A DNA stretch of 64,000 nt from a bacterium (GTDB taxonomy: Bacteria > UBA10199 > 2-02-FULL-50-16 > JAJFLM01). The notes under the pieces were generated by a model. That model did no database searches, had not been told where the DNA came from, and worked only from the letters and a program-made list of their open reading frames with translations. Numbering within the stretch: position 1 is the stretch's first letter; the number at the start of each line of letters is the position of its first letter. Shown here in pieces: positions 1 to 10,628 of this stretch. A program made the position numbers and the translations under genes. Where the stretch lies: positions 2,304,001 through 2,368,000 of the forward strand of contig CBDCFN010000016.1 of NCBI GenBank assembly GCA_965216315.1, given 5' to 3'.

Positions 1-428
1 GAAAAGGTCAGGGTCTGGCCCTGGTAACGAACGGTTGCCACATTGGAGTCGCTTAGATTCGGTACCGTACCCGGCTGACCGACTCCGCCGCGAGCCATCG
101 TTCCCTGCGAGCGCGCGATGATCGCATCGACAGGACTAAACAGGTTGGCGGGTTGCCGCGTCGTGCCGCTATCCGGCGCTTGAGTGGCGCGTGCCACTAT
201 CGGATTAGCAGGCGGGGGCGTCGGTTCGGGCAAACTCGCCAACAGATCCTCAGCTGGGTCCGCAGGGGCTGTTTGGCCGTGAGCTCGATCGTAAGTTGCA
301 AGCGCTTCATCTACCGACTGCGTAATAGGATCTGCCGATGCTGTCGGGCTGGCTTGGCCGTGAGCTCGATCGTAAGATTGAAGGGCCGCGTCAACGACGG
401 CCCCGATATCGATTGTATTTCCACCCAT
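1..428 (-). CDS. Hypothetical Ala/Pro/Thr-rich protein, partial (runs off window edge); paralog of 1598-2146
   Basis: Not in ORF track; translated by hand from ATG at 428 with AGGAGA SD: MGGNTIDIGAVVDAALQSYDRAHGQ...VDEALATYDRAHGQ...MARGG...; open to base 1. Confidence 0.7.
   Translation of the reverse strand, partial: MGGNTIDIGAVVDAALQSYDRAHGQASPTASADPITQSVDEALATYDRAHGQTAPADPAEDLLASLPEPTPPPANPIVARATQAPDSGTTRQPANLFSPVDAIIARSQGTMARGGVGQPGTVPNLSDSNVATVRYQGQTLTF
273..376. repeat. 23-bp direct repeat TTGGCCGTGAGCTCGATCGTAAG (273-295, 354-376), encoding duplicated YDRAHGQ on minus strand
   Basis: Exact match seen in sequence. Confidence 0.85.
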
Positions 429-535
429 GATAAGTCTCCTTGTTTTATACGGTTTTGGTTAAATCCTTCATTGGACACAACGTTTCGCGTTCGGCTTCGA
501 TAAGGGTCGCGTCATGGGAATCAGACACTATTGTT

Positions 536-1633
536 ATGCCTGGATTCCAAAATCTCACGACCGTGGCCCGACGTCTGCGCGTCCATCTGCAGCAGCATCA
601 CGGGCCGAATGACCCCGCGCTTGATCGCGGGATTCCTCTGCGCCGTTGGGCTGCCCCTTCTTCTTCCGGTCTCAGTTCCCAAGCCCCACAGCTTGTCCCG
701 GGTCAGGCCGATACTCTGGTCAGCGTCCCGGAAATCTTTCAAGAAAGTCTGCGTCGTCTAGAACAAATTCGTTTTGGCTCGACTTCCTTTGCCAGGGAGG
801 TGGCTTCAACCAACCCGACCGCCACTGACTTCTATAATGACTACCGCCGCGACGCGGCTTACTTTCCCCCCTGGCTCATCGATGATGGCAACCCCATCAA
901 CTTGGCGGATCATGCCTTGCGGGCCCGTATCGATTCCGTCGTTCAGACAGCTCAGCGGGAAGCACAACGCAGGGGCCACCGACGGGGATCGGTCCCCTAC
1001 AATGACCTGGTTTTGACGCGGCTGTTGCAATCGCTCCGCCAGGCTCAAAGTGCCGGCGGTTTTGGCCTGAGCTACGTCTTCAGTGCCGGCAACCGCCATC
1101 GGCGCCGTAATGCCATCGAGGCCTTCGCCGCCCATCAAGGTGACTGCAATGCCTTCTCGTTTCTCTTCTACGCCTTGGCACGACGTGCGGGACTCAATCC
1201 CCGCTTCATCAGTATTCCGGGGGAGCGCCAAAGCTACACGGGACCGTTTCGGGCGATCTATCACGTCGGCGTCGCCGTCGAAGTTCGTCCCGGCGCCTTA
1301 CGGCCCTGTGATCCGAGTCGCGGGGTCCGTGTCGATGAAGGGCGTTATCAATGGTATCCGCTGACCAACCTCGAAATGCTGGCCAGTTTCCTGCGGGATG
1401 TCGGCCTCTACAATGTAAGTCGACCCGCAGAACAAGAGCAGATCTTGCTCCAGGCCTATCGACTGGCTCCGAACAGCTTCGACATCGCTCACGACGTCAG
1501 CTGGTTTTATCGGAACATCCGGCACAGCCCCCGAAGGGCTGCGCCCTACGTGCGTAGGGCGCAGCAGATTAATCCTTCGATGCAGCCGATCTGGGAATCA
1601 GTCCAGCGTCAGCGGGCCGGGCGTCCGAAGTAA
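536..1633 (+). CDS. Transglutaminase-like (Cys-His-Asp) protein with C-terminal TPR-like helices
   Basis: GDCNAFSFLFYALARRAGL, YHVGVAV, CDP motifs; C-terminal 'AYRLAPNS...RRAQQINP'. Start at ATG 536 inferred from upstream promoter-like motif (track start 440). Confidence 0.65.
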   Translation: MPGFQNLTTVARRLRVHLQQHHGPNDPALDRGIPLRRWAAPSSSGLSSQAPQLVPGQADTLVSVPEIFQESLRRLEQIRFGSTSFAREVASTNPTATDFYNDYRRDAAYFPPWLIDDGNPINLADHALRARIDSVVQTAQREAQRRGHRRGSVPYNDLVLTRLLQSLRQAQSAGGFGLSYVFSAGNRHRRRNAIEAFAAHQGDCNAFSFLFYALARRAGLNPRFISIPGERQSYTGPFRAIYHVGVAVEVRPGALRPCDPSRGVRVDEGRYQWYPLTNLEMLASFLRDVGLYNVSRPAEQEQILLQAYRLAPNSFDIAHDVSWFYRNIRHSPRRAAPYVRRAQQINPSMQPIWESVQRQRAGRPK

Positions 1634-2146
1634 CGCCGCACGGTCATTGGGACGGGCCCAAAGAGTCTGACCGCCGTGGCTGCGAACCGCGACAAAACCT
1701 TCGCTGGGCGCGCTGGCGCCAGCAGACGTCACGATGACCGGATGACCTTGGATGGTGCCGGTGCGAACACTCGGCGTTCCGCTCCCACCACGGGCCATTG
1801 GCGTATCCGAGGTTACAGGAGCGTCAATAGGACGCTCGGTTACAGGTCTCGGCTGACTAAAACGAGCGGCACTGCGTGCCACTGCGCCAGCAGTAGGAGC
1901 ACTACCGCTCGTCGATCCATTGTGGTTGGCATCATAAGAAGCGAGTGCACTATTCACCTGCGGTTCAACAGCGTTGTTATCATAGGAGTCTAACGCAGCA
2001 TCGACGATGGCGACCGTTTGGCGCGCCTCAGGTGTGGTTGCGGGAGCATCAGACAGCGGCACGGAATCGAGTAATTCCGTATTCGGTTCAGGCGCGGCCT
2101 GTTGCATGAGAGTTTCAAGACTTGGTCTAATAGTATTATCCCCCAT
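1598..2146 (-). CDS. Hypothetical low-complexity protein, paralog of <1-428
   Basis: ATG 2146 with AGGAGGT SD; shared MGxNTI, VDAALxSYD and MARGG motifs. Confidence 0.7.
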   Translation of the reverse strand: MGDNTIRPSLETLMQQAAPEPNTELLDSVPLSDAPATTPEARQTVAIVDAALDSYDNNAVEPQVNSALASYDANHNGSTSGSAPTAGAVARSAARFSQPRPVTERPIDAPVTSDTPMARGGSGTPSVRTGTIQGHPVIVTSAGASAPSEGFVAVRSHGGQTLWARPNDRAALLRTPGPLTLD

Positions 2147-2194
2147 TGTATTTACCTCCTCAAGTAAAAGGGTGAATTGTTTGAGCACTACTAG

Positions 2195-2210
2195 AGCAAA
2201 GAGTGTGCCA
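2195..2210 (-). promoter_or_regulatory. Sigma54 -24/-12 promoter
   Basis: TGGCAC-ACTCT-TTGCT on minus strand, ~50 nt upstream of ATG 2146. Confidence 0.8.
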
Positions 2211-2297
2211 GCAGAGGCATTTAGGAATAAAAGTTATAACACTATGAAAGTATTATGAGTATCGTACGTGAGGTGGGAGGTCGCCAGGACCTAAAAC

Positions 2298-2334
2298 GTG
2301 AACAACGTGAACATATATTGTTTACGTTGTTCAC
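2298..2334. promoter_or_regulatory. Inverted repeat, candidate enhancer (UAS) for the sigma54 promoter
   Basis: GTGAACAACGTGAACA-TATAT-TGTTTACGTTGTTCAC, ~90-125 nt upstream of the -24 box. Confidence 0.55.
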
Positions 2335-2392
2335 ACTATTGTGGGCTCAAAAGGAAATTGCACCTCTGCCCGGAATGGCATAGAGCTGCTGC

Positions 2393-2896
2393 ATGGCGAC
2401 CAAGATCTTCATCGACGGCTACAATCTCCTCTGGGCCTCCGACACCCATCGCCCCGAGGCGATTCGCAACTTCGAGCACTCACGCGAAGAGTTGATCCAA
2501 CGCCTCGCCGGCAGTCCGCGGCTCGCGCGCCATCAAGTCACAATTGTTTTTGACGCGCACAAAACGGACGCCTACGACCTGAGTTCAGAAACCATCGATG
2601 GGATTGAGGTCCAGTTTACCAGGCAGGGCCAATCCGCCGACAGCGTGCTCAAAAAGCTGGCGCGTCAACATGGCAGTGCGGCCGTCATCATTAGTTCGGA
2701 TCGAGAAGTCGCGCGTTATGCGGAAAAAAGGGGTTGCGGCGTATTAGGCTCTCATGAATTTGACCTCCTCTTGGATAGTCCACCGGCCAGTGAGGATGAC
2801 GCCTTCGAGGACGCCGACGAGATCAGTTATAGCAAAAAAGGACCCGCGCGCCGTGACCCCAAAGCACGGCGTCGCGCCCTCGCGCGGCTGCGCTAG
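2393..2896 (+). CDS. NYN-domain (YacP/Rae1-like) ribonuclease
   Basis: IFIDGYNL, IVFDA, SADS, ISSDRE acidic PIN/NYN motifs. Confidence 0.85.
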   Translation: MATKIFIDGYNLLWASDTHRPEAIRNFEHSREELIQRLAGSPRLARHQVTIVFDAHKTDAYDLSSETIDGIEVQFTRQGQSADSVLKKLARQHGSAAVIISSDREVARYAEKRGCGVLGSHEFDLLLDSPPASEDDAFEDADEISYSKKGPARRDPKARRRALARLR

Positions 2897-2910
2897 GCCT
2901 ATTCCCTCAC

Positions 2911-3249
2911 TTAATGAACCTGCTGGGCAACGGGAATCGCTAATTGACGCCGCCCGATCGCCAAGGCCGTGACGAGGCCGCCCTCAAAGTAGGCCCCGAT
3001 CTGCGCCTCCAAACGTTGTTTGATGAAGCGAAAGGGACCGGGCTCACAACTGAGCGGTTCCGCGTAAATATCCGCGCGAACATTGGTCATCCGGCCCTCG
3101 CCGGTCACTGTATAAGTAAATCGAACCAGCCCATTAAATGAGTAAGGGACTCGAGAGACGATTCTCTGTACCCCGCGTACCAGCTCCGCTTGGGTCCACT
3201 CCGGTTCGGCAGACTCTATCCTCAGTGTGGAATCGATATGGTGTGACAT
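2911..3249 (-). CDS. Hypothetical protein, possibly TonB-C/AgmX-like fold
   Basis: SD GGAGGG; 'GLVRFTYTVTGEGRMTNV' resembles TonB-C strands (weak). Confidence 0.55.
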   Translation of the reverse strand: MSHHIDSTLRIESAEPEWTQAELVRGVQRIVSRVPYSFNGLVRFTYTVTGEGRMTNVRADIYAEPLSCEPGPFRFIKQRLEAQIGAYFEGGLVTALAIGRRQLAIPVAQQVH

Positions 3250-3277
3250 GCTTACCCTCCTTAATGCCCACTAACGT

Positions 3278-3293
3278 AGCAAGTACCATGCCA
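3278..3293 (-). promoter_or_regulatory. Sigma54 -24/-12 promoter
   Basis: TGGCAT-GGTAC-TTGCT on minus strand upstream of 3249. Confidence 0.75.
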
Positions 3294-3354
3294 AAAAAAT
3301 CGCGTTCATTTTTTGGACCCAGTTGAAATCATTCAGTAAAGTTATCAACAGATT

Positions 3355-3386
3355 TTCTCATTTTGATAACGTTATCAAAATGAGAA
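3355..3386. promoter_or_regulatory. Perfect 32-bp palindrome, candidate activator site
   Basis: TTCTCATTTTGATAAC/GTTATCAAAATGAGAA upstream of sigma54 box. Confidence 0.6.
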
Positions 3387-3502
3387 TGTGGAAACGGGTC
3401 ATCGCAAATATCCTTTTATTTTATCGATAGTTCGCAGCGATATCTGGAGTGAGCTAGGCGCAGGAGTGACCTAGGGTGCCGAAATTGTGAGCGAAGCAAT
3501 TG

Positions 3503-3576
3503 TCGGGGAGACAGGATTTGAACCTGCGACCCCTGCGTCCCGAACGCAGTGCTCTACCAGGCTGAGCTACTCCCCG
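3503..3576 (-). tRNA. tRNA-Pro(CGG)
   Basis: CGGGGAGTAGCTCAGCCTGGTAGAGC..., anticodon arm CTGCG-TTCGGGA-CGCAG, GTTCAAATCC; no encoded CCA. Confidence 0.95.
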
Positions 3577-3784
3577 TAATAATGGGGGTGTGTGCTTCGC
3601 CAAGCTAGCTTGGAACACACCCTTCTTACTATCGCGCCGTTTGCCTCGTGCCCTCCGCGGCACGAGTTTACCGGCTTGATCCCCCAAACCCCCGCTCCTC
3701 GATAAGCAAAGCTTTCTCGGAACGACGGCTCGACCGAAGCGAATGATGTCCTAAATTTCTGCGGAAAAAGCAAAGGAATATCCT

Positions 3785-4759
3785 TTAGGACCCTGACATC
3801 ACGACACCGCGAGGCGGGGTAAAGGTCAAGTGCCCGCGTCCCGCCTGGGTAAAGGCCATCGAGCGCAAGATTTCATGAGGGGTCGAGGTTGCGTCATCCA
3901 CGGTCGCCAAGAGAACGTAGCCACAACCGGCGTGATACGCCGACCCCTTTTTATAAGGGACGGGATGGTATTCGGTGCCCTCAATGACGTACGGATCCCC
4001 TCCCTCGCCGGCTTGGGGAATGCCTGCCTGACCCACGGGGGCTATCATGACATTGTCGAAGGTCCGCGTATAGGTCACACCCTCCGCCGTGCGTCCCGTC
4101 ACTCCCAGCTGTCCTGCCACCGGGTTAAAAGGGCCCTGGAGAGGAAGACGAATCGAATCACTGGAAAGATGGGACGTCCCGCCAAAACGAATGTCGCTGG
4201 CCAGATAAACCTGAGCCCCGTCGCTACCTTCCACCGTCTTACCGGCGATCGAGACGAGGAGCCCCTCGAGCTCCGTCGATTGACTCAAGGCCGTCTGAAT
4301 ATCACGGACCAGTGCCTGCTCCTGGCTGTCACTAAGATCCAATCCCGAGGCGAAGACCTGCACGCGGTCCAGAGACGCCATGGTCAGCCCCTCGGTATTC
4401 GCAACCGTCGCATCGAGATAAATCATCAAGGATCCGGTATCGAGACGGGTGTAGCGATCGCCCAAGGCTCCGGTCAGGGTCTCTCCCACGATTCGATTGA
4501 CCTCCGGATTGGAGAGGCGATGGCCGGGGTCCGACATGGGCGGCGTCGACGCTGAAGAGGCCGGGAGGGTCCGTGCCATCACGGATGTACCGCCGTTGGC
4601 ACCTGAAGACCCCGCCATCGCTTGAAACGAACGGCTTACCTCGGCCTCCGTCATAGTTGGCTCGGCCGCTACGGCGGTATCACTGGATACAAATTGTGCT
4701 GTATTGATATCGGCCATGGTGCGAACCATGGCGCTTCCTTGAATAATTGTTTCAGACAT
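3785..4759 (-). CDS. Hypothetical protein
   Basis: ATG 4759 with GGAGGT SD; ~324 aa; Ser/Thr/Ala-rich N-terminus; no recognised domain. Confidence 0.7.
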   Translation of the reverse strand: MSETIIQGSAMVRTMADINTAQFVSSDTAVAAEPTMTEAEVSRSFQAMAGSSGANGGTSVMARTLPASSASTPPMSDPGHRLSNPEVNRIVGETLTGALGDRYTRLDTGSLMIYLDATVANTEGLTMASLDRVQVFASGLDLSDSQEQALVRDIQTALSQSTELEGLLVSIAGKTVEGSDGAQVYLASDIRFGGTSHLSSDSIRLPLQGPFNPVAGQLGVTGRTAEGVTYTRTFDNVMIAPVGQAGIPQAGEGGDPYVIEGTEYHPVPYKKGSAYHAGCGYVLLATVDDATSTPHEILRSMAFTQAGRGHLTFTPPRGVVMSGS

Positions 4760-5000
4760 TACACACCTCCATGCCTTATTTATTTTCGTCACAATACTCA
4801 GGGCAGTTGTGAATGGCGCCGAGATTCAGTGTACTCTCAGTACACGATATTATATGTTATAACTATTTGTTTTTATTTATTATTCTATCTATTCTATTTT
4901 TTATGTGATTATATATGAAGGAGTTAAAAGTACACGAGGCGAGAACGCAGCAACTTAGAATTAATGCCGTCGATAAGACCTCGACTCAAGTGAGGGAGGC

Positions 5001-5912
5001 TTGTGTGGTGTGAGTGGAAACTTCTGTAAACCCTTAAAAGATCAAGATCCGACCGCTCATGCGCTCTGTAACCAACTGCGTCATGCCGGCGTCACGAGGG
5101 ACACACTCGACCAAGGTTCGACTCGCCCTGACTACCAGAACTTCGGCCGTCACCAACTCGAGGTCACCGACACGTCCGGTTTCTCAATGGCGCACAATGG
5201 CGTCCTTGAAATCGCAGAAATTTATGACGCGGCCCTAGCCGCTGCGAGCCTGGCCTGGCAGCAACCCAGCCGGTACCACGTCGACCCTCGGTCGCAACTA
5301 GCCATCCCTTGGCTCCCATCGACCGGCAGTGGTGACACCTCAGTGGATCGCCAACTAGAAGCCTTGATCCAAAATCCAGCCGCGGCCCTGCCCACCCATG
5401 AACCTCCGGGTAGCCCGGCCGCCCATCGTCAGCTGGCCCAACTCCTTTATACAATCTTGTTACCGGCACTGAACCCAGGGACAGACCTTGACGCCTACCT
5501 CTATGCTTCCTACTGCCGCAAACTCGGCATTGTCGCCCAACCGATAGAGTTGACCCTGTCCGATCGCGTACTGATCGGACTCCAGCTCGATCCCCAGTGG
5601 CCCAACCACCTGACATTTGTCGACTTTACGAGAGGGCCGCGCGGTTTTGACGTGACCCTCTTTGCCGGCGATTGGGTCGCCATCTCCGAGCGAGAGCTGC
5701 TCGCCTATCATTATCTCCAGCAAGCGGCCCAACCCCAGGGACTCCAGCGGGCCCTCATGATCGCCCCGCAGAACTACCGCGTCATTGCCGCCGAGGCCCG
5801 CTTCTTAATGGAAAACGGTTCGCGTGATCAGGCCTGCCAGCGGCTCCGCGAGAGCCTCCGCCTCAACGCCGTCTTCGCCGGCGCCAGTCAGATGTACGCC
5901 CATGACTGCTAA
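5001..5912 (+). CDS. Hypothetical protein, degenerate transglutaminase/TPR-like relative of 536-1633
   Basis: GGGAGG SD; 'YLYASYCRKLGI...FVDFT...WVAISERELLAYHY...ALMIAPQN...SLRLN' parallels the layout of 536-1633. Confidence 0.55.
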   Translation: MCGVSGNFCKPLKDQDPTAHALCNQLRHAGVTRDTLDQGSTRPDYQNFGRHQLEVTDTSGFSMAHNGVLEIAEIYDAALAAASLAWQQPSRYHVDPRSQLAIPWLPSTGSGDTSVDRQLEALIQNPAAALPTHEPPGSPAAHRQLAQLLYTILLPALNPGTDLDAYLYASYCRKLGIVAQPIELTLSDRVLIGLQLDPQWPNHLTFVDFTRGPRGFDVTLFAGDWVAISERELLAYHYLQQAAQPQGLQRALMIAPQNYRVIAAEARFLMENGSRDQACQRLRESLRLNAVFAGASQMYAHDC

Positions 5913-5959
5913 CACACGCGCACCGTGACAAAGTTGCAGGGCTCTGTTAGGCCCAAGGC

Positions 5960-8035
<2,076 letters not shown>

Positions 8036-8047
8036 GAAATAGACACT

Positions 8048-8608
8048 ATGCTGTTAGACATCGTTAAATACCCGAACCCGGAACTCACGAAGGCCTGTGC
8101 CCCCGTTGACGCCGTTAATCAGGACATCCGTCAACTCGTGACCGATATGTTCGAAACCATGTACGCCAATCAGGGCGTCGGGTTGGCGGCCCCCCAGGTA
8201 GGCGTCCCTCTCGACCTACTCGTTATCGACGTCGGGCGGCTCGAAAATGAAGAGACTAAGCCGGACCCGATTGCCTTGATCAATCCTCAACTTAAGAGCC
8301 AAGAAGGCAAAATTATCTGGGAAGAAGGCTGCCTTTCGTTGCCTGAGCTCATCGTCCCGGTCGAGCGTTCCGCCAAGGTCGTCGTGACGGCCCTCAATCC
8401 GGATGGAAAGGAAATTACCCTCCTCGGGGAAGAACTACTGGCCGTTGCCCTCCAGCACGAGATCGACCACCTCAACGGCATCCTCCTCGTCGACAAGGTC
8501 TCGCGGCTCAAGCGTGACCTCTATCGCAAAAAATTGGCTAAGCATGAGGTCATCGAGGAATCGATCGAGGCCCCCGCCGTAGCCAGTCGAAAACCTTATC
8601 TGGGGTAG
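8048..8608 (+). CDS. def: Peptide deformylase
   Basis: GVGLAAPQ, EGCLS, QHEIDHLNG. Confidence 0.97.
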   Translation: MLLDIVKYPNPELTKACAPVDAVNQDIRQLVTDMFETMYANQGVGLAAPQVGVPLDLLVIDVGRLENEETKPDPIALINPQLKSQEGKIIWEEGCLSLPELIVPVERSAKVVVTALNPDGKEITLLGEELLAVALQHEIDHLNGILLVDKVSRLKRDLYRKKLAKHEVIEESIEAPAVASRKPYLG

Positions 8609-8613
8609 AAGCG

Positions 8614-9615
8614 ATGACGTCACCCCTTCGCATCCTCTTTATGGGTAGTCCCGCCGCTGCGGTCCCCTGTCTCGATTATCTCCATGAATCAGAACATGAG
8701 CTGGTCGCCGTCGTCACGCAACCGGATCGTCCGGTGGGGCGCGGCCGCCACCTGACTCCTTGTGCCGTCGCGGCGCGCGCCCGCGAATTGGATCTGCCCC
8801 TCTATCAGCCCGACAAATTGACACAACCTCCCTTCAGCGACACCCTCAAGCCGCTCGCGATCGACCTCGCCATCGTCGTCGCCTACGGCAAGCTGTTGAG
8901 ACCTGATATACTGCAAGCCCCCCGCTATGGCTGTTGGAATGTCCACTTCTCGCTCCTGCCCAAGTATCGCGGGGCGGCCCCCTGTCAATGGGCCCTCATC
9001 AATGGCGAAGCTGAGACGGGCATCAGTATCATTCGCCTGGTTGAGGCGCTGGACGCCGGCCCGATTCTCAACCAGGCCCGCACTCCCATCGATGCCAACG
9101 AAACGGCGGGTGAGCTACTGACGCGACTCGCCGCACAAAGCCCGGCGCTCCTTGCGAAGACCCTCAAGGAGCTCCAAATGGATCGCCTCAATGAAACGGT
9201 CCAGGATGACGCAGCGGCCAGCCTCGCCCCCATCCTCAAAAAGGAGGATGGCCACTTGGATTGGACGCAGAACGCGCTTCAGCTCAAGAACCGAATTCGG
9301 GGACTCAACCCCTGGCCCGGGGCCTATAGTTATTTGCCCCATGAGATAGGCTCGGCGCCATCACACAGGGGACCCTCCGTTGACAAGATCCGGCTGAAAA
9401 TCTACAGTGCCCAAACCGTCACATCACCGGGCCCTGAAGCTAACAAGGCAAGCCCGGGAACAATACTCCAGGCGGACATCAAAGCGGGACTCTGGGTGGC
9501 CTGTGGCGACGGCGCCCTGCAAATCGACGAACTCCAGTCCCCTGGGAAGAAACGCATGCGTGCCGCCGATTTTTTACGGGGGCACCCGCTCAATGAGGAG
9601 TCACAGCTCTTATGA
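8614..9615 (+). CDS. fmt: Methionyl-tRNA formyltransferase
   Basis: FMGSP, VTQPDRP, NVHFSLLPKYRGAAP, LDAGP. Confidence 0.97.
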   Translation: MTSPLRILFMGSPAAAVPCLDYLHESEHELVAVVTQPDRPVGRGRHLTPCAVAARARELDLPLYQPDKLTQPPFSDTLKPLAIDLAIVVAYGKLLRPDILQAPRYGCWNVHFSLLPKYRGAAPCQWALINGEAETGISIIRLVEALDAGPILNQARTPIDANETAGELLTRLAAQSPALLAKTLKELQMDRLNETVQDDAAASLAPILKKEDGHLDWTQNALQLKNRIRGLNPWPGAYSYLPHEIGSAPSHRGPSVDKIRLKIYSAQTVTSPGPEANKASPGTILQADIKAGLWVACGDGALQIDELQSPGKKRMRAADFLRGHPLNEESQLL

Positions 9616-10265
9616 AACTCATCGCTCCTTCCATCCTTTCGGCCGATTTTGCGAACCTCGGCACTGAAATCCAGGCGGTCGAGCAGGCCGGCGCCGACTG
9701 GATCCACTGCGACGTCATGGACGGCCATTTCGTCCCGGCCCTGACGATAGGACCCATGCTGGTCGAAGCCGCGGCACGCAGCACGAGCCTCCCGCTCGAC
9801 GTCCACCTGATGATTGAAAATCCGGACGACTACATCCCCGAATTTGCAAAGGCGGGGGCCCAGTATATCACCGTCCATCAGGAGGCCTGCCCCCACCTGC
9901 ATCGGACGATACAGCTCATTAGAGACAACGGCGCCAAACCAGGCGTCTCGCTGAATCCATCGACCCCCGTCAGCACACTTGAGGACATTCTCGAAGACGT
10001 GGACCTCGTACTGATCATGACCGTCAATCCGGGTTTTGGGGGCCAGGAGTTTATCGAAGGCTGCCTGCCCAAGATCTCCAAGCTGCGTCAAATGATCGAT
10101 GCGGGCACGCACCCCGTCCTCCTCGAGGTCGATGGCGGCGTCAAGGCCCACAACATCGCCCGCCTCTCCGAAGCGGGGGCCGATGTCTTCGTCGCCGGGT
10201 CTGCCATCTTTGGCAGCGACGACTATGCTAGCACCATCGCAGCCTTTCGCAAGGCCATCGCCTAG
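9612..10265 (+). CDS. rpe: Ribulose-phosphate 3-epimerase
   Basis: IAPSILSADF, HCDVMDGHFVP, MTVNPGFGGQ, VDGG. Confidence 0.97.
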   Translation: MKLIAPSILSADFANLGTEIQAVEQAGADWIHCDVMDGHFVPALTIGPMLVEAAARSTSLPLDVHLMIENPDDYIPEFAKAGAQYITVHQEACPHLHRTIQLIRDNGAKPGVSLNPSTPVSTLEDILEDVDLVLIMTVNPGFGGQEFIEGCLPKISKLRQMIDAGTHPVLLEVDGGVKAHNIARLSEAGADVFVAGSAIFGSDDYASTIAAFRKAIA

Positions 10266-10298
10266 ACCTGATCTGCGTCATTTCATAGCGAACAAAGT

Positions 10299-10355
10299 GA
10301 GCGAGAGGGGGAGGCTCCAGGAGCTTTGCTTCTGGAGGGGGCGACGCAAGCCCCT
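10299..10355 (+). repeat. REP-like palindromic element; second copy in opposite orientation at 37745-37802
   Basis: GAGCGAGAGGGGGAGRCTCCRG..GCTTTGC..YGGAGGGGGCGACG..AGCCCCT at both loci. Confidence 0.8.
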
Positions 10356-10418
10356 ACGACGTCCTGGTGCGTCATAAATCCTGGACAATGCGTCATTGGA
10401 TATGTAAGCATAGGATGT

Positions 10419-10628
10419 ATGGAGCTCGAAATCTATCGTGCCGCAATCGGAGGACTCGGACCGTGGGAACTGGTCATCATTCTCGCAGTCGTCTTAGTCG
10501 TGTTTGGTGCCGGCAAGCTCCCGAAGGTGGGATCATCAATCGGTGAGGCCCTCAAGAATTTTAAAAAATCAGTCAGTAGTGACGATGACGATCAAAATAA
10601 GAAACCGGATGGAGGGGATGCATCATGA
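10419..10628 (+). CDS. tatA: Twin-arginine translocase TatA/E subunit
   Basis: GGLGPWELVIILAVVLVVFGAGKLP...GEALKNFKK; start uncertain. Confidence 0.9.
   Translation: MELEIYRAAIGGLGPWELVIILAVVLVVFGAGKLPKVGSSIGEALKNFKKSVSSDDDDQNKKPDGGDAS

Noticed and set aside
273..376. 23-bp direct repeats as a mini CRISPR array
   Set aside because: Only two copies, 81 nt apart (in frame), encoding a repeated peptide; no cas genes
153..503. 116-aa plus-strand ORF
   Set aside because: Shadow of the minus-strand gene starting at 428, which has a good SD and a paralog
9402..10151. Long antisense ORFs over fmt/rpe, and similar ones at 3830-4555 and 58304-59098
   Set aside because: Opposite better-supported genes; typical of GC-rich codon usage
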